The notes beneath the pieces are model-generated. The model was not told the origin of the DNA. It did no database searches and was given only the letters and a program-made list of their open reading frames with translations. The position numbers and the translations under genes were made by a program. From Caldithrix abyssi DSM 13497 (GTDB taxonomy: Bacteria; Electryoneota; AABM5-125-24; Hatepunaeales; Hatepunaeaceae), in contig CAMBDS010000003.1 in assembly GCA_945865405.1 (NCBI GenBank), positions 12,374 through 76,373 of the forward strand: 64,000 nt of DNA. Direction: 5' to 3'. This document shows, piece after piece, positions 32,422-41,433 of the stretch; position 1 is the stretch's first letter; each line of letters starts with the position of its first letter.

Positions 32422-33823
32422 TATCAATCGGGTATTTACCCGTAAAGCACGCCGTGCAGTAACCCTGACCATTCTCATGCGGAACGCCGGATACAAGCTC
32501 TTCCACACTCAAATATTCGAGCGAATCGGCGGCGATGAAATCGCAGATCTCTTCCAGAGTCATATCGTTGGCGGCAAGTTGTTCCCGTGACGGAAAATCC
32601 ATGCCGTAAAAACAAGGGTGCCTCACCGGCGGCGAGCTGATCCTGACATGCACTGCCAGCGCTCCCGCTTCGCGGATATGTTGCACCAGCTTCTTCAACG
32701 TCGTCCCGCGAACTATCGAATCATCGACCAGAATTACCCGCTTCCCCTTCAGGACGCCAATCACCGGGTTGAACTTTACCTTGACGCCGAAGTCGCGCAG
32801 CTTCTGCTCTGGTTCGATGAACGTTCTGCCAACATAGTGATTCCGGATCAACGCGATCTCAAACGGCAACCCTGATTCGTGAGCATACCCCAGCGCCGCC
32901 GTGTTGGACGAGTCTGGTACCGACATCACAAAATCGACATCCGCTGGTGCCGGGTGGTACTTGGCGAGGATATGGCCGAGCTTACGGCGCGTCTTATCGA
33001 CGTTATCGCCAAACACACGACTGTCAGGTCGTGAAAAATAGACATACTCGAAGATGCAATGAGTCGGCTTGTTCGGCGGTGTGAACCGAAAATTCCGCAT
33101 ACCATCGTGATCGAAAATTATCACTTCCCCGGGTTCCACGTCGCGAATATATGTCGCCCCGATCAGGTCAAGCGCGCACGACTCGGACGCCACTACCCAT
33201 CCGCCATCCTTTTGCCCAAGACACAACGGTCTGAATCCATTCGGATCGCGAGCTGCTATCAGGCTGTTTCTGGTCAACAGCGTCAGCGAGTAAGCCCCCT
33301 TCACCATCCGCAACGCTTCGAGGAATCTGTCGAGAAAGGTCGGCGTGTGTGACCTCGCCGCAAGCTGAAGGATCAGCTCGCTGTCGCTGGTCGTCCGAAA
33401 AAGCGACCCCTCTTCCTCAAGAAACTTTCTAAGAGGCAGGTAGTTGACCAAATTTCCGTTATGAGCCATCGCAACCGATCCCGACCTATCCTCGACCAAC
33501 AACGGCTGAACGTTCTGCTCCGATGAAGGCCCTGTCGTCGAGTAACGATTATGACCAATCGCCGCGCCACCTTCGAGGCTGTTCAGAACCGCTTTGTCGC
33601 GGAACGCATCGGCGACAAGCCCCTTGGCAGCATGCCTAAAGAGCAACTGCCCGTTCGTCGAGACAATTCCCGCAGCCTCCTGACCACGATGCTGGAGCGC
33701 ATATAAACCCAGATAGGCTATATTTGCCGCCGCAGGTAACCCCCAAACGCCAACGACCGCACAGTTAGGCCTTACTGCGTCAATATTTCGACTCTCATCC
33801 ATAACTATTTCGTTACGATCCAA
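32384..33823 (-). CDS. purF: Amidophosphoribosyltransferase
   Basis: Propeptide followed by CAVVG, LQHRGQE, VDDSIVRGTT, Fe-S Cys (CIFE, CFYG, CTAC). Confidence 0.97.
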   Translation of the reverse strand: MDRNEIVMDESRNIDAVRPNCAVVGVWGLPAAANIAYLGLYALQHRGQEAAGIVSTNGQLLFRHAAKGLVADAFRDKAVLNSLEGGAAIGHNRYSTTGPSSEQNVQPLLVEDRSGSVAMAHNGNLVNYLPLRKFLEEEGSLFRTTSDSELILQLAARSHTPTFLDRFLEALRMVKGAYSLTLLTRNSLIAARDPNGFRPLCLGQKDGGWVVASESCALDLIGATYIRDVEPGEVIIFDHDGMRNFRFTPPNKPTHCIFEYVYFSRPDSRVFGDNVDKTRRKLGHILAKYHPAPADVDFVMSVPDSSNTAALGYAHESGLPFEIALIRNHYVGRTFIEPEQKLRDFGVKVKFNPVIGVLKGKRVILVDDSIVRGTTLKKLVQHIREAGALAVHVRISSPPVRHPCFYGMDFPSREQLAANDMTLEEICDFIAADSLEYLSVEELVSGVPHENGQGYCTACFTGKYPIDNDEDEGTIKLGC

Positions 33824-33860
33824 GTATTATTAATTCTACCTTGCAATATTTAAGATTCCT

Positions 33861-33970
33861 GCAGGCAGACGTCTCGTCTGCCTGCACAAAACTTGGAGGG
33901 TGGACTTTCAGCCGCTCTGTCTTCAATCAGCAATCAGCCGCGTGTAGCCCGGCCAGCTTCGCTGGGCGGG
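33861..33970. repeat. Cluster of three REP-like palindromes
   Basis: GCAGGCAGAC-GTCTC-GTCTGCCTGC; TTGGAGGGTGGACT...; GTAGCCCGGCCAGCTTCGCTGGGCGGG (exact copy at 62713-62739). Confidence 0.8.
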
Positions 33971-33985
33971 CCCTATTCCTTTGCC

Positions 33986-34441
33986 CTACCTCACCGCCCA
34001 ACCCAAACTGATCTTCACTCCGTCCCAAGCTTCGACATTCACGGAGAGCTTATCACTCACGTCAAAATCGAAAAGGTGAGCATCCACGTAGGCGTCCAGC
34101 GACGAATAGATTAGCCACCCCGCAAGGATCCAGACCATCCGATTCCGCTGATCCTTGTAAATCGTCGCTGATCGATCATCGTTAAACCGTCGTGCGTCGC
34201 GAAAAAGCTGATGTTCGCGCACAATCCCAAAAATCAACCCCTGCTCAACAGCCCCGACAATCACAGCTTTAAGAGGCCGCCTATTATACGCCTGCCCCCA
34301 GCCCGGAAATGCCAGAGATCGCAACGCAGCCCCCCCCGGCGAAGGTTTCCACTCAGCTTGGGCGACTACCGTCGAATCTGCCAGTGCCGCACCCGACCAA
34401 ACCATCAGTGCAAAAAAGGCTATAGTGCCGAAGCGATACAA
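33986..34441 (-). CDS. DUF5683-like exported/membrane protein
   Basis: A.LRS...PGWGQ.YN and DAYVDAHLFDFDVS motifs. Confidence 0.7.
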   Translation of the reverse strand: MYRFGTIAFFALMVWSGAALADSTVVAQAEWKPSPGGAALRSLAFPGWGQAYNRRPLKAVIVGAVEQGLIFGIVREHQLFRDARRFNDDRSATIYKDQRNRMVWILAGWLIYSSLDAYVDAHLFDFDVSDKLSVNVEAWDGVKISLGWAVR

Positions 34442-34803
34442 TCGATCTCCACAAGTCCGCCCTTGGGCAGGCCAGCTACCTGAACCGTGCTTCTGGCAGG
34501 CGGCGTATCGTTAAAATAACGAGCATAGACCTCATTGACGGTCGCGAAGTCATTCATATCGGCAAGAAAAATCGTTGTCTTCAAAATCTTATCGTAATGC
34601 GATAGTCCCTTGTCCAGTATCGCGCCGATATTCTTCATCGCCTGTTCGGCTTCCGCGGCGACGCCACCCTCTATGATCTGGCCAGTCTCAGGCACAATCC
34701 CCAATTGCCCCGCAACGAACAACAATTTGCCGTCATACATGATCCCCTGACTGTACGGCCCAATTGCGGCAGGCGCTTTCGACGTTTCGACGATATTCTT
34801 CAC
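34420..34803 (-). CDS. ridA: RidA/YjgF family deaminase
   Basis: APAAIGPYSQ, PPARSTVQV..LP.G.LVEI motifs. Confidence 0.93.
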   Translation of the reverse strand: MKNIVETSKAPAAIGPYSQGIMYDGKLLFVAGQLGIVPETGQIIEGGVAAEAEQAMKNIGAILDKGLSHYDKILKTTIFLADMNDFATVNEVYARYFNDTPPARSTVQVAGLPKGGLVEIDCIASAL

Positions 34804-35003
34804 TGCGAACTCCTTTGTGATTTATTATCACGTTTTATCTCTTCGAAATCTGCGTCCTCAATCTCAAGATTTCGAAAGGCTTCTTTTTCCGGTTCGACGG
34901 GACTCTTCGGAATTTGTGAACCACTCCCCCAATTCCGGAACATGCTTCTGACAATTCTGTAAAATAAGCCAAACAACAAAATTAATACTATTAGCCTCAT
35001 CAT
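34800..35003 (-). CDS. Small hypothetical membrane-anchored protein
   Basis: N-terminal TM, C-terminal IEDADFEEIK; overlaps the next gene by 4 nt. Confidence 0.65.
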   Translation of the reverse strand: MMRLIVLILLFGLFYRIVRSMFRNWGSGSQIPKSPVEPEKEAFRNLEIEDADFEEIKRDNKSQRSSQ

Positions 35004-35004
35004 G

Positions 35005-35646
35005 TCAAGCCTCCGGATTGAAGTATGTCGTACCGGGAGGAAAGTCCAGGATTAGGTCCATCAATCTCTTTCGTTGTTCTGAATTGTTGACGAAATCTAT
35101 CCTACTTGTGTTGATGATTAACAGCGGCGACCTTGTCCAATGAATAAAAAAATTGTTATAAGCTTCTGTCACGGTCTGTAGGTATTCTATCGTAATCTGA
35201 CGTTCATACGGAATATCTCTTATCCGCAGGTTCGTCATCTGGCGTTCGGTAGGAGCCTGCAAATAGACCACGAGGTCGGGCTCAGGAATATCGGTCGCCA
35301 GAGCATTTGCCAAAGTCAGGTAAAGGTGTAGGTCCCGCTCCTGCAAGTTCATCGAAGCGAACATCCGGTCTTTGTCGAACAGATAATCCGACACCGTCCG
35401 TTTGCGGAACATATCGAGCTGTAGCAACCCGGCAAGCTGCCTGTGTCGTTGCAACAAGTACGTCAACTGCGTCTGCAACGCCCAACGAGCCGGATCCCTG
35501 TAGAAATCGGCGAGAAAGGGATTGGATGCCGGATCTTCCAATATCAGATCCGCCTCCAACTCTTTGGCAAGCAGCTTCGCCAACGACGATTTTCCTACCC
35601 CGATTGATCCCTCAATCGCGATATAGCTACCGGGCTTCAAGCTCAT
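35005..35646 (-). CDS. Deoxynucleoside kinase
   Basis: IEGSIGVGKSS P-loop; PDLVVYLQA. Confidence 0.92.
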   Translation of the reverse strand: MSLKPGSYIAIEGSIGVGKSSLAKLLAKELEADLILEDPASNPFLADFYRDPARWALQTQLTYLLQRHRQLAGLLQLDMFRKRTVSDYLFDKDRMFASMNLQERDLHLYLTLANALATDIPEPDLVVYLQAPTERQMTNLRIRDIPYERQITIEYLQTVTEAYNNFFIHWTRSPLLIINTSRIDFVNNSEQRKRLMDLILDFPPGTTYFNPEA

Positions 35647-36158
35647 ATTCGCAAAGCCTTTTGATAGAGTTTAACTCGCTCTTTATCGTCGCATTTATCG
35701 AGCGCCGATTTTACCGTGATGTTGGTGCCTGGAATATTCAAATCAGGGGCAATTTCCGAAAGCGGCGTCAGTACAAAACGTCGGTTCAACAGGAACTGAT
35801 GAGGCAGGATTAATTCCGTCGAATGCAGTGTTACCTCTCCAAAAATCAGGAGGTCGATATCGAGTTCCCGTTCGACCCAACGCTGCTCGCGAGTCCCCCT
35901 TCCAGCCTCAATTTCAATCTGCTTGACTATCTTCAGCAACTCCTCCGGCGACGACACGGTTTCGATTTCTACCACAGCATTCAAATATAAGGCTTGAACT
36001 ACCCCGCCCCAAGGAGTCGTCTCATAAACCCTGCTACAACGGCAAACCTTTTGCCCCCCGTCTCCCTTTAGGTTATCGACAGCAAACTGCAACTGCCCCA
36101 TTCGGTCGCCGACATTTGACCCCAACCCAAGGTAAACCGTAATCTCCCCAATCTTCAT
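35643..36158 (-). CDS. folK: 2-amino-4-hydroxy-6-hydroxymethyldihydropteridine diphosphokinase
   Basis: YLGLGSNVG, YLNAV, R.LDIDLL, LPH motifs. Confidence 0.96.
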   Translation of the reverse strand: MKIGEITVYLGLGSNVGDRMGQLQFAVDNLKGDGGQKVCRCSRVYETTPWGGVVQALYLNAVVEIETVSSPEELLKIVKQIEIEAGRGTREQRWVERELDIDLLIFGEVTLHSTELILPHQFLLNRRFVLTPLSEIAPDLNIPGTNITVKSALDKCDDKERVKLYQKALRI

Positions 36159-36523
36159 TCTTCAATCTTCAATTTCCGTGTGACCTCCACCTCCACCGTC
36201 CCAAACGGCCCCGGCAAAGGTGCTTGCGGCTTCCTCACCCTGACTCTCACAACGAGATCCGGATAGATAGCAAGAATTTTCGCGCAAAGTTCTTCTGCCA
36301 ACGCTTCGATCAGGTTAAACCGTGTCCCCGTGACGACCGACTCAACCACCCGATAGACTCTGTCATAGTCATACGCCTGACTGATTTCGTCTGATTTACC
36401 TGCCAGAGAGAGATCTCCTGCCAGCTCGACGTCGATTTCGAAGTTTTGCCCGTTCTCTTGCTCATGTGCCAAAACCCCATGATGAGCAAAAAACGTCAGA
36501 TCTTTAAGTCTAATAAAATCCAA
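36155..36523 (-). CDS. folB: Dihydroneopterin aldolase
   Basis: HGV...E...GQ.F.IDV, YD, LIEALAE, KP.AP motifs. Confidence 0.95.
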   Translation of the reverse strand: MDFIRLKDLTFFAHHGVLAHEQENGQNFEIDVELAGDLSLAGKSDEISQAYDYDRVYRVVESVVTGTRFNLIEALAEELCAKILAIYPDLVVRVRVRKPQAPLPGPFGTVEVEVTRKLKIEE

Positions 36524-36587
36524 AACTTTTCAAGAAGTAATTTGCCTTCAACCGACCAGTCACCAGTCACTAGCCACCTGACACCAG

Positions 36588-37646
36588 TCACTGACCTATC
36601 AATTCCCCAAGATACGCCGTCACCCCTCCCCCCAGCCCCTTAAGGTCGTAACCGCCCTCAAGCAGTGAGATCATCCTGCCTTCGCAGTATTTATCCGCAA
36701 TTGCTTTCAACCGCCTCGCGAGTTCCTTATAGCCAGAGTCCGTCAACTTCAGCGCCCCCAGCGGATCTCTGAAATGAGCGTCGAACCCAGCCGACACCAG
36801 CAGGAATTCCGGCGCAAACTCTTCCAACTTCGGCATCACATACCGGTCAAATGCCGCAAGGTACTCCCTGTCCCCACTACCCGGCGCGAGAGGCACGTTC
36901 AGCGTGAACCCTTTTCCCGCTTCTTCTCCCGAGTCTTCCCTCCGCCCCGAATTATACGGGTACGAGTCTGCCGTATGCAAGCTGACATACAGCACCGTCG
37001 GGTCTTTCCAGAATGCTTCTTCGGTGCCATTGCCATGATGAACGTCGAAGTCAACAATCGCCACTTTCCCAATGCCATGTTTCGTCTGCAAGTATTTCGC
37101 GAGGATCGCGATATTATTGAAGATGCAGAACCCCATCGGCCGGTCATAAGTCGCATGATGTCCCGGCGGCCTCGTCGGCGCAAACCCGATTTTCTCCCCA
37201 CTGCTTGCGGGGGGGGTAGGGGGGGGTGTTTCCTCCTCTTTCCGCTTTCCGCTTTCAGCTTTAGTCAGGGTGGGTGTCTCTTCCTCTTTCCACTTTCCAC
37301 TTTCCTCTTTCGCCATCACCGCATCCGCCAACGTCAGCCCCGCCCCAACCGCTCGCATCGCCGCCGGATACGATGCCTCCCCGACTGCCGCTTCCATTCG
37401 AGGCAGGAATTCCCCGCCCTTCTCGCAGATCCGCCTCATCGCTTCGACGTACCGCGGCAGATGAACGAGCGACACCTCCGCTTGCGTCGCCTCACGAGCT
37501 TCCAGCCGGACTATCCGGTCAGCCCAAGGCGCCATCTCAAGTGCAGCCATTACCGCCTTGATTCTGTCAGGATATTCGGGATGCCCCAGCCCCGCGTCAT
37601 GTTCGAGGAACGCGGGGTGATAGGCGAGAAGTAGGTTATTTTGCAA
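36588..37646 (-). CDS. Zn-dependent histone-deacetylase-family protein with a repeat-derived insertion
   Basis: RPPGHHA, GFCIFNN, DFDVHHGNGT, SAGFDAH, LEGGY all intact. Confidence 0.93.
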   Translation of the reverse strand: MQNNLLLAYHPAFLEHDAGLGHPEYPDRIKAVMAALEMAPWADRIVRLEAREATQAEVSLVHLPRYVEAMRRICEKGGEFLPRMEAAVGEASYPAAMRAVGAGLTLADAVMAKEESGKWKEEETPTLTKAESGKRKEEETPPPTPPASSGEKIGFAPTRPPGHHATYDRPMGFCIFNNIAILAKYLQTKHGIGKVAIVDFDVHHGNGTEEAFWKDPTVLYVSLHTADSYPYNSGRREDSGEEAGKGFTLNVPLAPGSGDREYLAAFDRYVMPKLEEFAPEFLLVSAGFDAHFRDPLGALKLTDSGYKELARRLKAIADKYCEGRMISLLEGGYDLKGLGGGVTAYLGELIGQ

Positions 37647-37649
37647 ATT

Positions 37650-37982
37650 TCAATACCATGCCAAAATATTTTCTACGGCTGCCTTAAGAGAGGATAGATC
37701 GTTCGTGGCGATTACCCAAACCATCTCATAATCGGTTTCTAAGTAATCGTGAGTCAGTACATCCCGCAAACCAGCGATTTTTCGCCATGCTATTTCAGGA
37801 TGACTTTTTCGGGATAGAGGCGATATGTGCTTCACTGCTTCACCGATGTTAATCAGTTGCCGAACAAGAGCATCCTGCCAGTGACGTAAAGCTATGAAGT
37901 CGTCGTGACCAACCTTGATATACTCCTCAATTTGTTGAATTGAGTCTAAAATACTGTGAAGATAAATCTCCTCTGACTTCAC
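37650..37982 (-). CDS. HepT-like (DUF86) HEPN RNase toxin
   Basis: IGEA and RDVLTH (RX4H) motifs. Confidence 0.9.
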   Translation of the reverse strand: MKSEEIYLHSILDSIQQIEEYIKVGHDDFIALRHWQDALVRQLINIGEAVKHISPLSRKSHPEIAWRKIAGLRDVLTHDYLETDYEMVWVIATNDLSSLKAAVENILAWY

Positions 37983-38254
37983 AGCGGTACCGCCTCAGCC
38001 AATATATTGTCGCGTAAATACTTATTAAGGCCTCGTTCGGTAACGACATCGACTTTACGACCAAGAATGTCCTCAAGGTCTTGTTTTACGCCAATCAAAT
38101 CAAGCAACGACCTGCCGTCTTCAAAATCGATCAGTAGATCGATATCACTATCGGGACGTTCCTCGCCTCTGGCGAATGACCCAAAGATACGGATGTTTCG
38201 ACCGCCATACTGCGTGGCGATCCGAAGTATTTCAGCTTTGATTTTGGGATTCAT
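37979..38254 (-). CDS. MntA-like minimal nucleotidyltransferase antitoxin
   Basis: FGSFARGEERPDSDIDL (GSX10DXD). Confidence 0.92.
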   Translation of the reverse strand: MNPKIKAEILRIATQYGGRNIRIFGSFARGEERPDSDIDLLIDFEDGRSLLDLIGVKQDLEDILGRKVDVVTERGLNKYLRDNILAEAVPL

Positions 38255-39717
38255 TTTAACAACGTGATTGATTTCGATGTGGAAAATCCGGATCCCTGAA
38301 GGTAAATAACATACTTCCCCGCCGGTAGCCCTTTCGCGTCCCAGACGACCCGCTGCTCCCCCGCGTTCGTGTAGGTCGGGCTGCCGAGCCCGACATTTGG
38401 AAACAAACTCGCCACCTTCCTCCCCGTCGGGTCAACGATCTCCAGCCGCGTCGGGGCCGGTTTATCGAGCCCAAAAGAGATGTTCAGCGTATTATTGAAC
38501 GGGTTCGGGTAGGCGGAAAGAAGGTAAGGGGTTGATGGTACATTGGATACAATGGGATCACGGACGGATACGGGGTCGGGGGTTGTTTTAACAAGAAACA
38601 GACCATCTCCGAGTAAAGCATAACTGCCATCTTCATTCATAACAAGTGCTCGTGCCCAATCCGTTCCGTTATCAACAATTAAAGACCATAGTGAATCGCC
38701 TTGCTCGGAAATTCTGACAAGAAAGTGATCATTATTGGCATCGCCAAATGATTGCGAGGAGCCGTAAAGCGCCATTCCACTCTCATGAGCTGGTATCATT
38801 TGCGCAGGAAACTCCGCTTCAATACCACCGTAATATTTCTCAAAAACTAAATTTAAATCTCTATTAAGAAACAAAATTTGGTAAGATTTTCTTGATTGAA
38901 ACGTCGGGAAACCCTTCTCCCCAAACACGAAGTAACCACCTCCCCTTTTCTCAATCGAACGGATTGTACCCGTGTATTCTTCAAAACTATTTCTCTGAAT
39001 CAACCTTCCCTGTAAATCGAGTGTTGCGATCACATAAAAAGTTACTGTAGTGCCTTCGTACTCTACGGCTCTGTTGCAAGCGACTGTCACAATTTCGGCT
39101 TCAAATACAAAATCAACAAAATCAATATCTTGGCCACTATCCAACAATTCCACATAAGGAAGTGGTACACTGCCTAATGAGTCACCATTACTGTCGATTG
39201 AAATTATCCAAGCACTACCATCATTCAATGAAGATGTCAAAAGCATCTGATACTCATCTGAATCTACCTGTCGTACTTGGCGGCAAGAATTAGTATTTCC
39301 GGTTCCGAATGTTCGTGACCATAGTGAATCTCCAGATTCATTTAACTTCATCACCCATGCTGATGATTCAAATTCACCAATAGAATTCGTCGTTCCAAAT
39401 ATCAAGAACCCTGCATCTTCGGTTTCAAACATCTTTTTGCATGATTCAGTTTGATTGCCTCCATACTCCCGAAACCAATCTTGCTGACCAAGCGAGTCAA
39501 TTTTAGCAACGACTATGTTTGTGCCATTACGATTGGCTTCACGATGAACCAATCCGGCGATAACAAAGCCATTATCGTGTGTCGAATTGATCGCTGAGGC
39601 ATATTCAGGATCCTCATCCAAACGAAACGTCTTCTCCCATTCCACTTCCACCTGCCCATACCCTTCCCCCACCCAGAGTCCCCCCACCACCAACAGCGAT
39701 AGAAGTAAAGTCTTCAT
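38251..39717 (-). CDS. Secreted beta-propeller-like protein with T9SS-type C-terminal domain
   Basis: Signal peptide; repeated GDSLWS motifs; AYPNPFN...G.Y C-terminal domain. Confidence 0.82.
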   Translation of the reverse strand: MKTLLLSLLVVGGLWVGEGYGQVEVEWEKTFRLDEDPEYASAINSTHDNGFVIAGLVHREANRNGTNIVVAKIDSLGQQDWFREYGGNQTESCKKMFETEDAGFLIFGTTNSIGEFESSAWVMKLNESGDSLWSRTFGTGNTNSCRQVRQVDSDEYQMLLTSSLNDGSAWIISIDSNGDSLGSVPLPYVELLDSGQDIDFVDFVFEAEIVTVACNRAVEYEGTTVTFYVIATLDLQGRLIQRNSFEEYTGTIRSIEKRGGGYFVFGEKGFPTFQSRKSYQILFLNRDLNLVFEKYYGGIEAEFPAQMIPAHESGMALYGSSQSFGDANNDHFLVRISEQGDSLWSLIVDNGTDWARALVMNEDGSYALLGDGLFLVKTTPDPVSVRDPIVSNVPSTPYLLSAYPNPFNNTLNISFGLDKPAPTRLEIVDPTGRKVASLFPNVGLGSPTYTNAGEQRVVWDAKGLPAGKYVIYLQGSGFSTSKSITLLK

Positions 39718-40130
39718 TCTAGGTCTCCCATAAGTCTTTCTTCAGCGAATTTCAGGAATTCTTCTGCACGTCGGATATGAAACGAAGCTTCGTCGATTGT
39801 CACATCCCTACCACGACGGGCTTCGACAACAGCGCGAGCCTTCTCGGCATCAGCGAGATATTCGACGAACCTCGCCAAGTCCACGCGTGAGCCGAACTTC
39901 CTTCGGAATGTCGCAATAGTCGCAATATGATTTGTGAAAGCTCGCTCTTTTACGCCAAGTAAATCACTTGCAAGGTAATAAATCGAGAAAAATGCTCGCT
40001 CAACGGCAAAACCTGGATAGCCAGAGTCGAGTAACATCTTCGCGGCATTTAAGCTCTCCGAAGCCTTAACAATCCATAGATTATCAATCTCGTCAAGTAT
40101 CGGCGCAATATCTTCCGGAATCTTCTTCAT
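39714..40130 (-). CDS. HEPN-domain protein without an adjacent nucleotidyltransferase gene
   Basis: KA.E.L.AA..LL..GY...A..R.FFSIY pattern; start set to ATG 40130 after AAGGGG. Confidence 0.75.
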   Translation of the reverse strand: MKKIPEDIAPILDEIDNLWIVKASESLNAAKMLLDSGYPGFAVERAFFSIYYLASDLLGVKERAFTNHIATIATFRRKFGSRVDLARFVEYLADAEKARAVVEARRGRDVTIDEASFHIRRAEEFLKFAEERLMGDLE

Positions 40131-40149
40131 CCCCTTAACCCTTAAACCT

Positions 40150-40695
40150 TCAACTCTTAAACCTCTCCCACCATTCAACTGCCGCCTTCATGAACTTCTC
40201 TAACAGCTCTCGGCTCTTCTCGTCTTTAAGGTTGCCTTCAGAGTCGAACTTCTCTGCCGACATCCCCAAAAGGAACTCCGGGCGAGGCATCGCGTACGCA
40301 TTCAGGTACTGCATCAGAAGCCTCATCTGAATCTGCGCTCTCGCCGTCCCGAACATCCCGCTCGACGCCCCCAAAATAACGACCGGCTTTTTATCGAACG
40401 GTTGCTTCGGCGGCCTCGAAGCCCAGTCTATCGCGTTCTTCAACACCCCCGGAACTCCGTAGTTGTATTCGGGTGTAGCGATCAGGATCCCGTCCGCGTT
40501 CTCGATCTTCTTCCGGAACTCGACCACCACCTCAGGCAATCCCTTCGCTTCGACATCGCCATCGTAGAACGGAATGTCGTGAAGTTCATATATTTCAGTC
40601 GTCACGCCCTTCGGTAAGTGGCTGATTGCAACCTTGAGTAATTTGCGGTTTGTCGATTCGACGCGAAGCGCGCCCTGAATAGCAAGTAATTTCAA
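40150..40695 (-). CDS. NADPH-dependent FMN reductase (ChrR/SsuE-like)
   Basis: TPEYNYGVPGVLKNAIDW and G..RAQ motifs. Confidence 0.93.
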   Translation of the reverse strand: MKLLAIQGALRVESTNRKLLKVAISHLPKGVTTEIYELHDIPFYDGDVEAKGLPEVVVEFRKKIENADGILIATPEYNYGVPGVLKNAIDWASRPPKQPFDKKPVVILGASSGMFGTARAQIQMRLLMQYLNAYAMPRPEFLLGMSAEKFDSEGNLKDEKSRELLEKFMKAAVEWWERFKS

Positions 40696-40773
40696 TGGTA
40701 ATTCCTAATTCTTTAATTTCATTCGTAATTTGTAATTCGTATTTCGTAATTTCTGTTGAATCTTCCAAAAAAA

Positions 40774-41427
40774 TCAACAGTTTATTTCACCTAACAATAT
40801 ACTCGTCTTTGTGACTCTTGCAAAGCCCAATGACAGCCCAAGCAAGCTCGCCACGTGCAACTCCTCAGTGATCGATCCGGTCGCGTCGGCAGGAAAATGG
40901 ACGCGGTAATCACGGTAGTAGGCGTCGCGAGCCGTCGATTCACAACAGAGGTTCGTCATAACTCCTGAGATGACGAGATCTTCGACCTTTAGAACCCTTA
41001 GTACTGTTTCGAGGTCGGTGTTGTAGAATCCTGAGTATCGATGCTTGAAAATCTGTTTCTCTCCCGGCTTGGGTGCAAGTTCGGGAGTGACTTCTGAATC
41101 GACCGAGCCCTCAATGCACATACCTTTCCACCACCAGCCCATGATCCCGGCATCGGTGAGCGCCGCATCGTGGACATGACGGGTGAATATGACTGGAAGA
41201 CCGGCTTTTCGAAAGGTTTTCAACAACGAAACCGCGTTGTGCATTATCGCAGGACCACCTTCCGTATAGGTAGGTGAAGCTGGATCGAGAAAAAAACGCT
41301 GCATATCGACAATGATTAGAGCGGAGGCTGGCGCAAGCCTGAAGTCATGAGTATTAAACGGCGATATCTGCTTCAACCAACGTTCAGTTGAGGCGTCGAG
41401 TGTTTCAGGGGTAACGTATGGAGTCAT
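40774..41427 (-). CDS. Isochorismatase-family cysteine hydrolase
   Basis: VDMQ, KHRYSGF, GVMTNLCCESTARDA motifs. Confidence 0.93.
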   Translation of the reverse strand: MTPYVTPETLDASTERWLKQISPFNTHDFRLAPASALIIVDMQRFFLDPASPTYTEGGPAIMHNAVSLLKTFRKAGLPVIFTRHVHDAALTDAGIMGWWWKGMCIEGSVDSEVTPELAPKPGEKQIFKHRYSGFYNTDLETVLRVLKVEDLVISGVMTNLCCESTARDAYYRDYRVHFPADATGSITEELHVASLLGLSLGFARVTKTSILLGEINC

Positions 41428-41433
41428 TGTATC

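Noticed and set aside
33861-33970. Possible CRISPR array in the repeat clusters (also 44491-44852 and 63738-63975)
   Set aside because: The repeats are heterogeneous palindromes without regular identical repeat/unique spacer periodicity, and no cas genes are present.
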